Positions 18,522 to 28,383 of a stretch of 64,000 bases of DNA are shown here, in pieces. The stretch covers positions 3,517 to 67,516 of the forward strand of contig CAIMWN010000266.1 in assembly GCA_903845155.1 (NCBI GenBank), in the 5' to 3' direction. The translations under genes were made by a program, and so were the position numbers. Position 1 is the first letter of the stretch; every line of letters starts with the position of its first letter. The notes under the pieces were generated by a model. It was not told the origin of the DNA. It saw only the letters and a program-made list of their open reading frames with translations, and did not search any database. The stretch comes from Oligoflexia bacterium. GTDB lineage: Bacteria; Bdellovibrionota; UBA1018; CAIMNF01.

Positions 18522-19798
18522 AATCCATTCTTGGTTTTATTCTAATCATCACGCTGAATTTTATAAGCGCTCAAGCGTCCATCATGGAAGGGCAATTATC
18601 ATCTCCATCCGATATCGATGAATTGCTGAAAGATAAAGCGCCCATCACGGCGGAGTTTGGATTTGAGTACCTTCATCCCGATTTTGCACCGATCAATAAT
18701 GTGGTTGTTGAAAACCCTCAGACTTCCACGGTATCCACTCCCCAGTACGGTAATGTGGTCAATACTTACCCCGATGTATTTGCGCAAACAATCAAAGCCC
18801 AGCTGTTGCTGGATTCAAAGCGTAAATGGACGGTAACGGTAAAGACTTTTCTTCCATTGAATTCTCTCGCCCAACTCGATTCTGGCAATACGTATCAACC
18901 AGAGTTCGTTCTTTATCGTGCGGAGATGCAACGCCCGCGTCTTTCGTTGCTTTCAGGTATTAATTTAACGGATGATTGGCGAGTGGGATTGGGTGCTGCT
19001 ATCGGTTTTTCAATTGAAACTCAAGCGACTGTTTTCCTGCAATCAGGAACGGGTCGTTACTCTGATCAACGAATTGCGGCCAAGCTAAAACCGGTAATCG
19101 CACCCGTGGGGAGTGTGGCTTTTAAAGATTATACCTTCACGGTGAAAGCAGAAAATAAGTCGACGTTTGATTTGAGTACAAACGCGGGTGCACGCGTGTT
19201 TGGATCGGTGGGCGCAGGTGTGAACTTTGCATATGCAACTGAGAGCACTGCCTATTTTGAACCTTGGTCATTTGAATTGAATGGTAAAAATAGACTCTCA
19301 GATTCCTGGAATGTACTTTGGGGCCTGTCGTATGAATTGTGGAGCCGCTATCAGGCCCGGGCAGCAGTGATTCAAAGCACAGTTCCTACCAGTTGCCCGG
19401 ATAATGCGGGTACTTGTACTCCGGTATTCAATGCGGGACTCACTCCGGCATTTCAAGGCAGGGATCTGTGGGTTCCAGAACTCGGATTTGAGCGTCTTTT
19501 TGGGGATATTCGCATCCAATTGAGCTATCGCTATAAAGATAGTATTTTTAAAGATGTACCGACTCTCAATGGCAACTATCTCGATCCTCCACGACACGAT
19601 TTCAAATACACTGCCATCATTCCGACGATTTCAGGTCTGCTTTGGAATTTCTCAATTCAGGTTTCTCGCCTCGTTCCTCAAACTGTGATAAAATCTAATT
19701 CAGGTGAGATCGGCGCAACCCCAGATGGGAGTGGCTACGTGGCTTCAGGTTGGCTTTATGGTGGGGGCTTGAGTTTGACTATTCCGCTGAAACAGTAA
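18503..19798 (+). CDS. secreted / outer-membrane hypothetical protein
   Basis: Signal peptide. 431 aa with beta-rich composition. No recognised motif. Confidence 0.4.
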   Translation: METKLLKSILGFILIITLNFISAQASIMEGQLSSPSDIDELLKDKAPITAEFGFEYLHPDFAPINNVVVENPQTSTVSTPQYGNVVNTYPDVFAQTIKAQLLLDSKRKWTVTVKTFLPLNSLAQLDSGNTYQPEFVLYRAEMQRPRLSLLSGINLTDDWRVGLGAAIGFSIETQATVFLQSGTGRYSDQRIAAKLKPVIAPVGSVAFKDYTFTVKAENKSTFDLSTNAGARVFGSVGAGVNFAYATESTAYFEPWSFELNGKNRLSDSWNVLWGLSYELWSRYQARAAVIQSTVPTSCPDNAGTCTPVFNAGLTPAFQGRDLWVPELGFERLFGDIRIQLSYRYKDSIFKDVPTLNGNYLDPPRHDFKYTAIIPTISGLLWNFSIQVSRLVPQTVIKSNSGEIGATPDGSGYVASGWLYGGGLSLTIPLKQ

Positions 19799-19839
19799 CT
19801 TAAGCTGAAGGCGCCTAAAAAAGGGGCAAGGATAAGAAC

Positions 19840-20469
19840 ATGGCGACACAAAAACTAAAGTCGATGATTAAAGATCACTTCCTCTCCGGCATGTTGATCC
19901 TCGCTCCCATCTTGATTGTGGCGATTGTTTTTCAATTTATTTTTGGTGGAGTTTTCAGGTGGATTGATGATGTTCCACTGCGCATGATTTTTGGTGATGA
20001 ACGAACCGGTTTTGCGGAACTGGTAAAACTACTGCTGATGTTTGGGCTCGTGTTGGGCGGGATTTTGATTGTTTCGATTATCGGCTTATTTTCTAGACTC
20101 TATCTCGGAATCAAGCTGATTCAATGGATGAGAGAGTTGATTGAGAAAATTCCATTTTTTGGTTCGATCTATAGTTCAGTTGATCAACTGATGAAGGCCG
20201 TTTCTTCGAGTGGTGGAAAACAATTTAATCGAGTGGTGTTTATTGAATATCCAAGGAAAGAAGTATGGGCTGTGGCTTTTGTTACGGGCAAAGCAAGTCT
20301 GAAGGGAATTCCTGCAGGTTACTTAAGTGTTTACATTCCCACTGTACCCAATCCAACGTCAGGTTTTCACTTGATGGTAAAAGAGGCAGATGTGGTAGAG
20401 AGTGGTTTGAAGGTGGACGAGGCTTTTAAATTAATTTTAAGTTTGGGAGTCGCCTTACCTCATGAGTGA
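19840..20469 (+). CDS. DUF502-family membrane protein
   Basis: Two N-terminal TM helices plus a conserved C-terminal domain pattern typical of COG2928/DUF502. Confidence 0.55.
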   Translation: MATQKLKSMIKDHFLSGMLILAPILIVAIVFQFIFGGVFRWIDDVPLRMIFGDERTGFAELVKLLLMFGLVLGGILIVSIIGLFSRLYLGIKLIQWMRELIEKIPFFGSIYSSVDQLMKAVSSSGGKQFNRVVFIEYPRKEVWAVAFVTGKASLKGIPAGYLSVYIPTVPNPTSGFHLMVKEADVVESGLKVDEAFKLILSLGVALPHE

Positions 20470-20965
20470 AAAGGATACCGAGAAGAAGCTCATTGCTTCT
20501 AATCCCACCGCAAAAGCGAATTACTTTTTAGACGAGTTGATTGAAGCGGGTATTGCCCTTCAGGGTACTGAAATTAAAAGTATTCGAAATTCTGCCCCTA
20601 ATTTAAAAGACGCCTTTGTCGAAATTACGAACAGAAAACGTGGTGGACAGCGTTCGAGCTCACTTGAGGCCTGGTTACTCAACATGCATGTGGGGCCATA
20701 TTCGCATGGTAATATCTGGAACCACGAGGCTCGCCGAAGAAGAAAACTCTTGCTCCATGCCCATCAAATTCGCCAAATGTTCGGTGCTCTCACTCAAGAA
20801 GGCAAAACCATCATTCCGACACGCCTCTATTTTGTAAACGGTAAGGTGAAGGTGGAGATTGCGATTGGTAAGGGCAAGAAAAAGGGCGATAAGCGCGCTG
20901 ATCAAAAGAAACGTACGCAGGATCGCGAAATTGATCAGGCAATGAAGAAGTATCAAAAGCGTTAA
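20462..20965 (+). CDS. smpB: SsrA-binding protein
   Basis: GxEIKS motif. Lys/Arg-rich C-terminal tail. Confidence 0.9.
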   Translation: MSEKDTEKKLIASNPTAKANYFLDELIEAGIALQGTEIKSIRNSAPNLKDAFVEITNRKRGGQRSSSLEAWLLNMHVGPYSHGNIWNHEARRRRKLLLHAHQIRQMFGALTQEGKTIIPTRLYFVNGKVKVEIAIGKGKKKGDKRADQKKRTQDREIDQAMKKYQKR

Positions 20966-21135
20966 TTGCTGCGACCTTTTGGAAAGAATTCTCATGAGTT
21001 TGTAGACTGCACGCTTTATGTTGCGATGCGACACTGATCTGTCGCGGTGTTCGTTGTGCCACCTGGCATCGATTTGGCATGACTTCGGTGCCAAACTGCT
21101 TGCAGACAAAATAACTTTCGTTTTAGGGTGACTTT

Positions 21136-21966
21136 ATGTCCAACCCTGAATCATCAGAAGCACTCAAGTTTCTCAGACAACGCTATTTAGAAAAACTAAA
21201 AGCGAATCCAAAATATTCTCTTACTGCCTATGCTCGCGACTTAGGACTTTCACCTTCATTTGTATCAAGGCTCATGACAGGAAAAAGACCCATCACCATG
21301 CAGCTTGCAACACAAATTGCCACGATTTGTGGAATGTCAGCGAGTGAAACAGCAAGATGGGTATCAGAAATTATTTTGAACGCACCCAAAAATGCGAAGA
21401 TTTCAACCAAGGTCCGAAACAGCATTCTTAAAAACAAAAACATTGCTCTCGTAAAAAATTATGATGTCGAAAGGTTCAGCACCATTAGTCACTGGTATCA
21501 TCTTGCTATTTTAAATCTGACCATGACCAAAGGGTTTCGTGCGAATGTTTCGTGGATTAGCAAGCGACTTTCTATTACAACCGTAGAGGCGCAGGATGCA
21601 CTTTCAAGATTACTCGCCCTGGGTTTACTCAAAAAAGAAGGTAAAACGCTGATTTGTACTGATCAAAGTTTCTTTGTCGCTACTAAAAAATCAAACTTGG
21701 GTGTTCGTGAGTTTCACAAGCAAATGAGCATCAAAGCTCAAGAAATATTAAATGACCAAGCGGCGGGAGCCTTTGAAAAACGCTACATAGCTGGAGTCAC
21801 GATGGCCCTCAATCAAAAGCAAATCTCGCACCTTCAACAAAGACTGAAGGAAATTCAACTCGAGATCATTCAGTTCGCAAAAAACCGGGATGATTCAGCA
21901 GAAGAAGTTTATCAACTAAATTTACAATTGTTTCCCCTTACTAAAACCAAAAACAAAACGGAGTAA
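21136..21966 (+). CDS. helix-turn-helix DNA-binding protein (TIGR02147-like paralogous family)
   Basis: N-terminal HTH: SLTAYARDLGLSPSFVSRLMTGKRPIT. About 275 aa. Translationally coupled to the next ORF. Confidence 0.5.
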   Translation: MSNPESSEALKFLRQRYLEKLKANPKYSLTAYARDLGLSPSFVSRLMTGKRPITMQLATQIATICGMSASETARWVSEIILNAPKNAKISTKVRNSILKNKNIALVKNYDVERFSTISHWYHLAILNLTMTKGFRANVSWISKRLSITTVEAQDALSRLLALGLLKKEGKTLICTDQSFFVATKKSNLGVREFHKQMSIKAQEILNDQAAGAFEKRYIAGVTMALNQKQISHLQQRLKEIQLEIIQFAKNRDDSAEEVYQLNLQLFPLTKTKNKTE

Positions 21967-21968
21967 CC

Positions 21969-22988
21969 ATGAAAACCAGACTAGTCGTATTTTTAATGTC
22001 CCTTCAACTTCTTTCACCCCAGCTTACCTTTGCTCAACAAGGCGTGGGAGGCGGCGGGGATGCCGAAACTGAAGGAAAAATAGATCGAATCAGAAGCGAT
22101 ATCCTTCAGTGGATTATTCGCGGAGACGCGAAGGATCTTGTCTTGAAGCGTGACCTCACCTTTAATGACTATGCTTCTGGCAACAGCTTAAAAGGATTCA
22201 CTGGTATGACTACCTTGCTTCAGCCTCAGTTTGTGGTAGTGACCGCTATCACTGAAAAAGAACAAGTAATGACTGATGATGAGCTCAATACATGGGTTTC
22301 GGGCCAACCTAAAACGTGTAAAGGGTTTCAATCGAAAAAGGATCATCGCCTTCATATTCTTTGCAATGTAGATCGTTTTAGAGAAATGTCAGAGGCTGAT
22401 AAAATTCGTCAAATCCATCATGAATATGCTTCACTTGGTAAACTTGAGGACAACTTAGGAGCTGCTTCGGACTACTCAATTTCAAATCAACTTACTGACT
22501 ATCTGCACTCTGAAACGATCATTCGTTTGGGTGTGAAATTAAATGGAAATACAGGCACTATCGTTAGTTCCATTCCCATTTCAAACTATTCAAATGGTGC
22601 TGCTTTCAATACCGCTGATTTAGGTGAGGCTAACCTTTGGGTAAATAATTTTGCTCAAAAAATAGAGCAAGCAATTCATAAGAGTGGACTTAGCTTAGAT
22701 GATGTTTCCATTACCACTAACGCAAGCCTTGTTCCTCATAGGAGCTATCATGGTGCAGCCACTGGCTATGGGCACTGGGTATATTGGAATACCTCTGCAG
22801 CATCTGTGGTGGTTTCAATTAAAAACCCAGATCTCACTCTCCAAAAAACTATTTTTACGGTGAAGAATATGAATTGCGAACAAGCTTCAATCGCGGTCAG
22901 AAAATTAGTCCCGATGTTACTTGCTGTGGATGCATGCGACGGAGACTTCAGTCTACTTACTTTAACGGTGATTAATGTAATCAGATAA
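21969..22988 (+). CDS. secreted hypothetical protein
   Basis: Signal peptide MKTRLVVFLMSLQLLSPQLTFA. Confidence 0.4.
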   Translation: MKTRLVVFLMSLQLLSPQLTFAQQGVGGGGDAETEGKIDRIRSDILQWIIRGDAKDLVLKRDLTFNDYASGNSLKGFTGMTTLLQPQFVVVTAITEKEQVMTDDELNTWVSGQPKTCKGFQSKKDHRLHILCNVDRFREMSEADKIRQIHHEYASLGKLEDNLGAASDYSISNQLTDYLHSETIIRLGVKLNGNTGTIVSSIPISNYSNGAAFNTADLGEANLWVNNFAQKIEQAIHKSGLSLDDVSITTNASLVPHRSYHGAATGYGHWVYWNTSAASVVVSIKNPDLTLQKTIFTVKNMNCEQASIAVRKLVPMLLAVDACDGDFSLLTLTVINVIR

Positions 22989-23006
22989 GAGACTTGATTT
23001 AGAAAA

Positions 23007-23037
23007 AAGCCCGATCATTCAATTGATTGGGCTTTTT
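23007..23037 (+). terminator. rho-independent terminator
   Basis: Hairpin AGCCCGATCA-ttcaat-TGATTGGGCT followed by TTTTTT. Confidence 0.7.
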
Positions 23038-23275
23038 TCGTTTGGGTGAATCATAGAGGTATATTTCGCCGATTTTTAATGGACTTCAGGTCGGGGCGAC
23101 ATTCGTAACGCACTAAGTTACGCCCCTTTCCTGTAATTTGCTTGCGTGGGGTTACTGAAAACATTAAAAAGAAGTTCAATCCACTATTATACCGACCGCT
23201 CTTGCATTCTCTCTGATAGACAAGTGGCGTCCCGCGCGATAGACATATCTATACAAAATTTTTTAAGGAGACCTC

Positions 23276-23497
23276 ATGGCACGCGTTACGATTGAAGACT
23301 GTTTAGGCAATGTTGAAAATATGTATGAACTCATTCACTTGGCGACTCGCCGTTCACGTCAAATCTTCAAAGGTTCTGATGTGTTTGTGAAATGTAAGAA
23401 TCGTACGATCGTGACTGCTCTTCGCGAAATTGCTGCCGGTAAAGTAAGACCACTTTATAAAGGTGCCGACGAAGCTCCACTCCCAGGCGAACTCTAA
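23276..23497 (+). CDS. rpoZ: DNA-directed RNA polymerase subunit omega
   Basis: MARVTIEDCL...YELIHLATRRSRQI conserved RpoZ N-terminus. GGAG Shine-Dalgarno sequence upstream. Confidence 0.9.
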   Translation: MARVTIEDCLGNVENMYELIHLATRRSRQIFKGSDVFVKCKNRTIVTALREIAAGKVRPLYKGADEAPLPGEL

Positions 23498-24779
23498 GAT
23501 TCAGCAATTGAATTGCAAGGCTGCGGTTTTATCTTTTTTTGTTTTAAGTGCTCCTTTTCTTTTAGTCTCTAGCGCAAATGCTTATCTGCAGTATGCGCCC
23601 AATGATCACGTCGCTGAAGAAGTGAGCGAACATCCTTTTCGCATTTTGCCTCACTCGGATCATTACGCATTCGCGATTGACTCTGATTTTTTCAAACCTA
23701 TTTTTACCGGCGGCGATAATTCCAATTATTATCGCTACGATTATTACCATGGCAACGGTTATTGGATGAGTATCAGGGCAGAGTTTAAGCCCGTGAGCAA
23801 AGCCACCATTAATTTAAAATTGAATCTTACTCATGGTTCTTCCAGCAATGGACCCACTTATCTTGCGGAAGTGATTCCCATGGCGGGCTTCACGTATGAA
23901 GAGAGTTTGCTCGGCTTTGATATCACCACTCGTTTAAGCGATATCGGACGTCAAACGGTGGGGATTGGTTTGTTTATTGAAGATAAAGAGACGGATGGCG
24001 GGTACATCATGTTTAAAAGAGATGAATTCGTCGGAAAAGTCATGGTGGATGGAACTGGAAGTTACCGACTTGATGGTGGCGTGATTGCAACCGATGTTTC
24101 GTTTTGGAAAGGTCTAGTGGGCGGAGTATTGTTTGTCCAAGAAACCGAAACTCCCTTTCATCCTCCCGCACTGATGGCAACCCTCTATTCCAAACATGAA
24201 TGGCCGTCGGGGATTGGGTATGGCGCCGAAATGGGCATCGATATTAATTCTTGGGCAGGGATGGCTTTTGTAAAATATGAAGATACTTGGAACCATTTCC
24301 ATTTTTGGCTTAAGCCTCAGGCGAGATACTACGGTCCACGGATTTTAGGTGATCTACCCGGTAAGGTATCTCAAAATTACATCTCGTATGATCAAAACGA
24401 TAAACCGTTCACCAACATCATGGATATTTTCCCTTTTGGTGACAATGTCGTAACCCTGAGTTCCCAATTAAATGCTGAATACGTTTTTAATTCTTTTTAT
24501 CGAATCTATGCAGAAACGGAAGCAGTTAATTATCAATACAAGGGCAAAGGGAAAATTCAGGAGTTGTTCTATCGTTCTGGCATAAAGTTTTTCCCGTTTA
24601 AGAGCCGAGAAGATAACTTTGGATTCCTGGTTGGAAATAAATACTTAATCGCTTCAACTGCCGTTTCGCCCGATTCAAGCTCGCGAACGTATTCGCTTCC
24701 CAATATGGTCGATTTTGAGAATAAGCCCTTATTCATGAACCAGTTGTATTTTATGATTAATTTCCAGTCGAAATTTTAA
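23463..24779 (+). CDS. outer-membrane beta-barrel-like hypothetical protein
   Basis: Signal peptide AVLSFFVLSAPFLLVSSANA. Alternating amphipathic strands. C-terminal ...FQSKF with terminal Phe, as in OMPs. Confidence 0.45.
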   Translation: MPTKLHSQANSKIQQLNCKAAVLSFFVLSAPFLLVSSANAYLQYAPNDHVAEEVSEHPFRILPHSDHYAFAIDSDFFKPIFTGGDNSNYYRYDYYHGNGYWMSIRAEFKPVSKATINLKLNLTHGSSSNGPTYLAEVIPMAGFTYEESLLGFDITTRLSDIGRQTVGIGLFIEDKETDGGYIMFKRDEFVGKVMVDGTGSYRLDGGVIATDVSFWKGLVGGVLFVQETETPFHPPALMATLYSKHEWPSGIGYGAEMGIDINSWAGMAFVKYEDTWNHFHFWLKPQARYYGPRILGDLPGKVSQNYISYDQNDKPFTNIMDIFPFGDNVVTLSSQLNAEYVFNSFYRIYAETEAVNYQYKGKGKIQELFYRSGIKFFPFKSREDNFGFLVGNKYLIASTAVSPDSSSRTYSLPNMVDFENKPLFMNQLYFMINFQSKF

Positions 24780-25020
24780 ATAGCACGTCAGGAGTACTTT
24801 ATGTGGAACTCGCTTTTTCATCCTTCGATTTCATTTATAGAACTCATCATTCGTGTCTTAGGTTAGTCCTTCTCAGTTATCTGATTGCGGTACTGAGCTA
24901 TCGTTTCGTGCCACGGGGAGATGCAGAAATTTAACTTGAAGTGGAGTTGGCCATTTTAGATTCAGACGGTTCGTTAAGTGTGATTACGTTGGGAAGTGCG
25001 GCGCCGAGCGGCTCATCTCA

Positions 25021-25836
25021 TTAAGAGGGCGTGCGCATGCGCTTGCTTCTTCTGGTTGCAGCGAGCACTGCCTTAATGAGTGTGACTCGCAGTTTTCCTT
25101 CTTCGAGAGCCATCAGTCCATCAATCGTGCAGCCTGCAGGAGTGGTCACTTCATCTTTAAGAGATGCAGGATGCTCGCCTCGTTCTAAAACCATCTTGGC
25201 AGCACCCATCATTGTTTGCGCAACCAGTAGCGTAGCCTGCTTTCTTGATATGCCCACTTTTACTCCAGCTTCGCTCAGTGCTTCAATGATTAAATAAATA
25301 TAGGCAGGTCCACAAGCGCTTAAGCCGGTTACGCCATCAAAGAGGGTTTCCTCAAGTAAGGTGACGAGGCCCATCTCTCCGAAAATGTTTTCTACCTCTT
25401 TAATGTGTGCTTCGCTGCTCCTGGGGCCTTTGCAAATTGCTGTGACGCCACTTTTGATTAAGCAAGGAGTGTTGGGCATGGCTCGTACGATGGCCGGCTT
25501 GTGGCCACTCCATTCTGAAAGCTGTTCCGTGCTGATGGCCGCGCAAATAGAAACGAGAAGTTGATCTGTTCGAAAAGAGTCCTTGCACGCTTTTAAAATA
25601 CTCTCCACCTGATGTGGTTTTACGGAGAGCAAAATGAGATCGGCATTTTTAATGGCACTGATATTGTCGGTCGTGCAGGGAATCTGAAGTTCATTTCGCA
25701 CTTCAGTAGCCGAAGCTTCGGTGCGAGTGGTCCCCGAAAGAGAATATTGAGATTTTAAAGCTGACTGAGTGAGTCCTTGAACGATGGCATCGCCCATTTT
25801 ACCCATCCCGATGATGGCGATTTTTTTAACTTTCAT
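25021..25836 (-). CDS. proC: pyrroline-5-carboxylate reductase
   Basis: N-terminal NADP Rossmann motif IAIIGMGKMG. ProC dimerisation-domain pattern. Confidence 0.9.
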   Translation of the reverse strand: MKVKKIAIIGMGKMGDAIVQGLTQSALKSQYSLSGTTRTEASATEVRNELQIPCTTDNISAIKNADLILLSVKPHQVESILKACKDSFRTDQLLVSICAAISTEQLSEWSGHKPAIVRAMPNTPCLIKSGVTAICKGPRSSEAHIKEVENIFGEMGLVTLLEETLFDGVTGLSACGPAYIYLIIEALSEAGVKVGISRKQATLLVAQTMMGAAKMVLERGEHPASLKDEVTTPAGCTIDGLMALEEGKLRVTLIKAVLAATRRSKRMRTPS

Positions 25837-26239
25837 CAGTTAAGAATAGACGAATTTTCATCGTGTTAAAACCGCATTTGTGTAAAAGCATTACTCTGCG
25901 TCGTCAGGTGGCCAAAAAGGTGCAATAAAGAGGCATTTTTATGGCAAAGTCTTACGGTGAATCTTAAAGTGTCTAAATGATGACGCCTAAAAGTTGAAGG
26001 AATCGAGGAGTGTGCTTGGTTTCCCCATTAAATTTTCTTAATCTTGAAACGATTTTGAAACACCCAGTGGTTGAGTGCTCCTTGCTCGGCTTGTAAATAC
26101 TCAGTATTTTGTAAGGAATATTTTGCTCTGGTTGAATGTTGCTCACTCAATGATTTTGATTGTTAACATTCTTACACAATCATTATTGACAAAAATAACC
26201 GCCAAGCGTAGTTTCTGGCAAAACAAAGGAGTCTCTCAA

Positions 26240-27793
26240 ATGAAAAAATATGGAAAATTAATGTCAGTAGTTACTACTGCAATGTTTGCGGTGGCATTAG
26301 TCGCTGCGGACGCACACGCACAACGTGGAAGATCGAACGCTGTAAGTTCGCACTCAACGCCAACTTATCATGCACCGGCACAAACTTATCACGCGCCAGC
26401 GCAGCGTGCGGCACCAGTACAGCGTGCAGCACCAGTACAGCACACACAAGCACCAGTTCGCCAACAACCAGCAAGCAATCAGGTAAAAGGTCCTTCAACT
26501 GTTGCTCATCAGCAAAGTACTGCGACTGCAAATCAACACAGTCAACAAGCTACTAAGCCTGCACAACAAAGACCTGCTCAGCAACAACCGGTTAAGCCAG
26601 CTCAGCAAAATAGAACTGCTCAGCAAGGCAGCAAGCCTTCTCAGCAACCTATCCATCACCAAACTGTAACTAACAAACCAAACGGTTCAGTTACTACTCA
26701 AGTGAGACATGGTAATACCATCAAGGCTACTACCGTTACTCCTACAGGAAGAACGAATACAGCTACCTTTAAAGTTGTGAAAGATGCGAATGGTAAAGAA
26801 CGCCAAATTCAAACTGGAGTAGTTCGCCAAAGCAAAAGTGGAAGAGTTACCTCAGAGCAGAAGTTTACTACCGATGCACGCGGCAATAGAACTGGTTATT
26901 CAGTTTCTCGCGGTGGAAAAACAGTATACTCAGTTGAAAATAAACGTTCAGGCGGCATCCGTGTGAGTTCAACTCGCACGTACGTACGTAACAACGTTAC
27001 GATCGTTCGTAATTATAGTTACCGCTCTTACAGCTACGGAAGATACAACTATAGTTACTACCACCCACGTTGGGATAATGGTTACGGCTACTACGGCCGT
27101 TCTTGGTATAACTACTGGTACAATCCTTGGACTAGCCCCTTCACTTATGCTTGGGGTTGGAACGCTTGGGGATATACTCCAGGTTGGGATATTTACTACC
27201 GTGGCTACTACCGCCCATACGACAGCTACAACAGCTTGTCTCTGTGGATGGTGGATTACACCCTTTCTTCTCTCTTAGCAGATTCTTATGCTGCCAGTGC
27301 TGCAGAAGTTGCTGATGCAAACGCAAGAACAGCAGAAGCCAATGCTCAAGCTGCTGAAGCAAATGCTCAAGCCGCTGAATCAGCTCGTATCAGTGAAGAA
27401 GATAAAGCTCAAATCAATCTTCAAGTTCAAGAAATCTTGAAAGCGCGTGCGAACGAAGACGAAAGTCAACGTGCGGTTCCAATGGAGCAAGTACTCTCTA
27501 AACCAGAGCACATCTACATTGTTTCTGAAGACACGACTGCAACTGATGCAAATAAAGTAACTTGTACTCTTTCATCAGGCGACTTACTTACTGCAATTGT
27601 TGGAACCGATGGTGTAGCAACAGTTACTGTGAAGACAGCACAAAGCGATGACTGTGCGGCAGGAACAGTAGTTCAGCTTTCAGCTCAACAATTGATTGAT
27701 TTCGAAAATGATTTCAATACTCGTGTTGATGAAGGAAATGAAAAAGCGAACAAAGATCCAGCGATTCAAAAATTGATTAACCCTAATCAATAA
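26240..27793 (+). CDS. secreted low-complexity protein: Gln/Pro/Ala repeats, aromatic-Asn-Gly-rich block, coiled coil, C-terminal domain
   Basis: AAAGGAG Shine-Dalgarno sequence at 26224–26230, ATG at 26240. Signal peptide. The ORF is open from 26075, but the internal start has the Shine-Dalgarno sequence. Confidence 0.6.
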   Translation: MKKYGKLMSVVTTAMFAVALVAADAHAQRGRSNAVSSHSTPTYHAPAQTYHAPAQRAAPVQRAAPVQHTQAPVRQQPASNQVKGPSTVAHQQSTATANQHSQQATKPAQQRPAQQQPVKPAQQNRTAQQGSKPSQQPIHHQTVTNKPNGSVTTQVRHGNTIKATTVTPTGRTNTATFKVVKDANGKERQIQTGVVRQSKSGRVTSEQKFTTDARGNRTGYSVSRGGKTVYSVENKRSGGIRVSSTRTYVRNNVTIVRNYSYRSYSYGRYNYSYYHPRWDNGYGYYGRSWYNYWYNPWTSPFTYAWGWNAWGYTPGWDIYYRGYYRPYDSYNSLSLWMVDYTLSSLLADSYAASAAEVADANARTAEANAQAAEANAQAAESARISEEDKAQINLQVQEILKARANEDESQRAVPMEQVLSKPEHIYIVSEDTTATDANKVTCTLSSGDLLTAIVGTDGVATVTVKTAQSDDCAAGTVVQLSAQQLIDFENDFNTRVDEGNEKANKDPAIQKLINPNQ

Positions 27794-27852
27794 TAGTCTT
27801 TTGGATTACTAAAATTTACATGACGGGGCGATGGACGATGTTCATCGCCCCT

Positions 27853-28383
27853 TTATTTTTTTAAATCAATAATGATTCGAGCGGGTGAAGTAAGTTCAAA
27901 TACTTCCACCTTCACCGGCACTTCAGTTTTAATGGTCCAAAGCCAACGGTCTTCAACCACAGATGGCACGAATTCAACTTCAGAAACGCTTCGAGTTTTA
28001 CGAGCAGCCTGAATCACGCTTTGAGAAGAAAAATCAATTTTAGGTAAACCATAGAGAGTGACATTAATTTCTTTGGTCACTCGATTCACGCTCACTAAAT
28101 AAAAGGGAGGTCTTGCGAGTTCACTTTTTTCACCTTGGTCGTTACCGGTCAAATCAATTACAATACGATCGTAGCCCGCTGGATTTGGTGCCATGCGGAT
28201 ATTGGTAATATGAAAATCGGAACTCAGGCGGTCGCCACCGGTAAATGCCCCTTCAGTAATATAGACATCTTTTTTCACTTTCAGTGCTTGTCTGAATCCC
28301 TCGGCGTCGAAAGAGGGATTGGCCAGAGTGGTGATTGGAAAGGATAAAGCTAAACCAAGTAACGCGAAAAGTGCTTTTTTCAT
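27853..28383 (-). CDS. secreted hypothetical protein
   Basis: Signal peptide MKKALFALLGLALSFPITTLA. ATGA overlap with the upstream metalloprotease gene. Confidence 0.45.
   Translation of the reverse strand: MKKALFALLGLALSFPITTLANPSFDAEGFRQALKVKKDVYITEGAFTGGDRLSSDFHITNIRMAPNPAGYDRIVIDLTGNDQGEKSELARPPFYLVSVNRVTKEINVTLYGLPKIDFSSQSVIQAARKTRSVSEVEFVPSVVEDRWLWTIKTEVPVKVEVFELTSPARIIIDLKK

Noticed and set aside
20675-21109. 144-aa and 89-aa minus-strand ORFs overlapping smpB
   Set aside because: They are antisense to a clearly conserved smpB, and the 144-aa ORF also overlaps the hairpin spacer. No support.
20966-21135. Possible tmRNA (ssrA) next to smpB
   Set aside because: Only 170 nt are available. 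There is no tRNA-like 3' end (…TTCGA…CCA) and no tag ORF.
23090-23125. GGGGCG…CGTAAC-gcactaa-GTTACG-CCCC nested hairpin upstream of rpoZ
   Set aside because: It is probably a secondary terminator or stability hairpin for the upstream gene. It has no T-run and no other distinguishing feature, and is too ordinary to flag.
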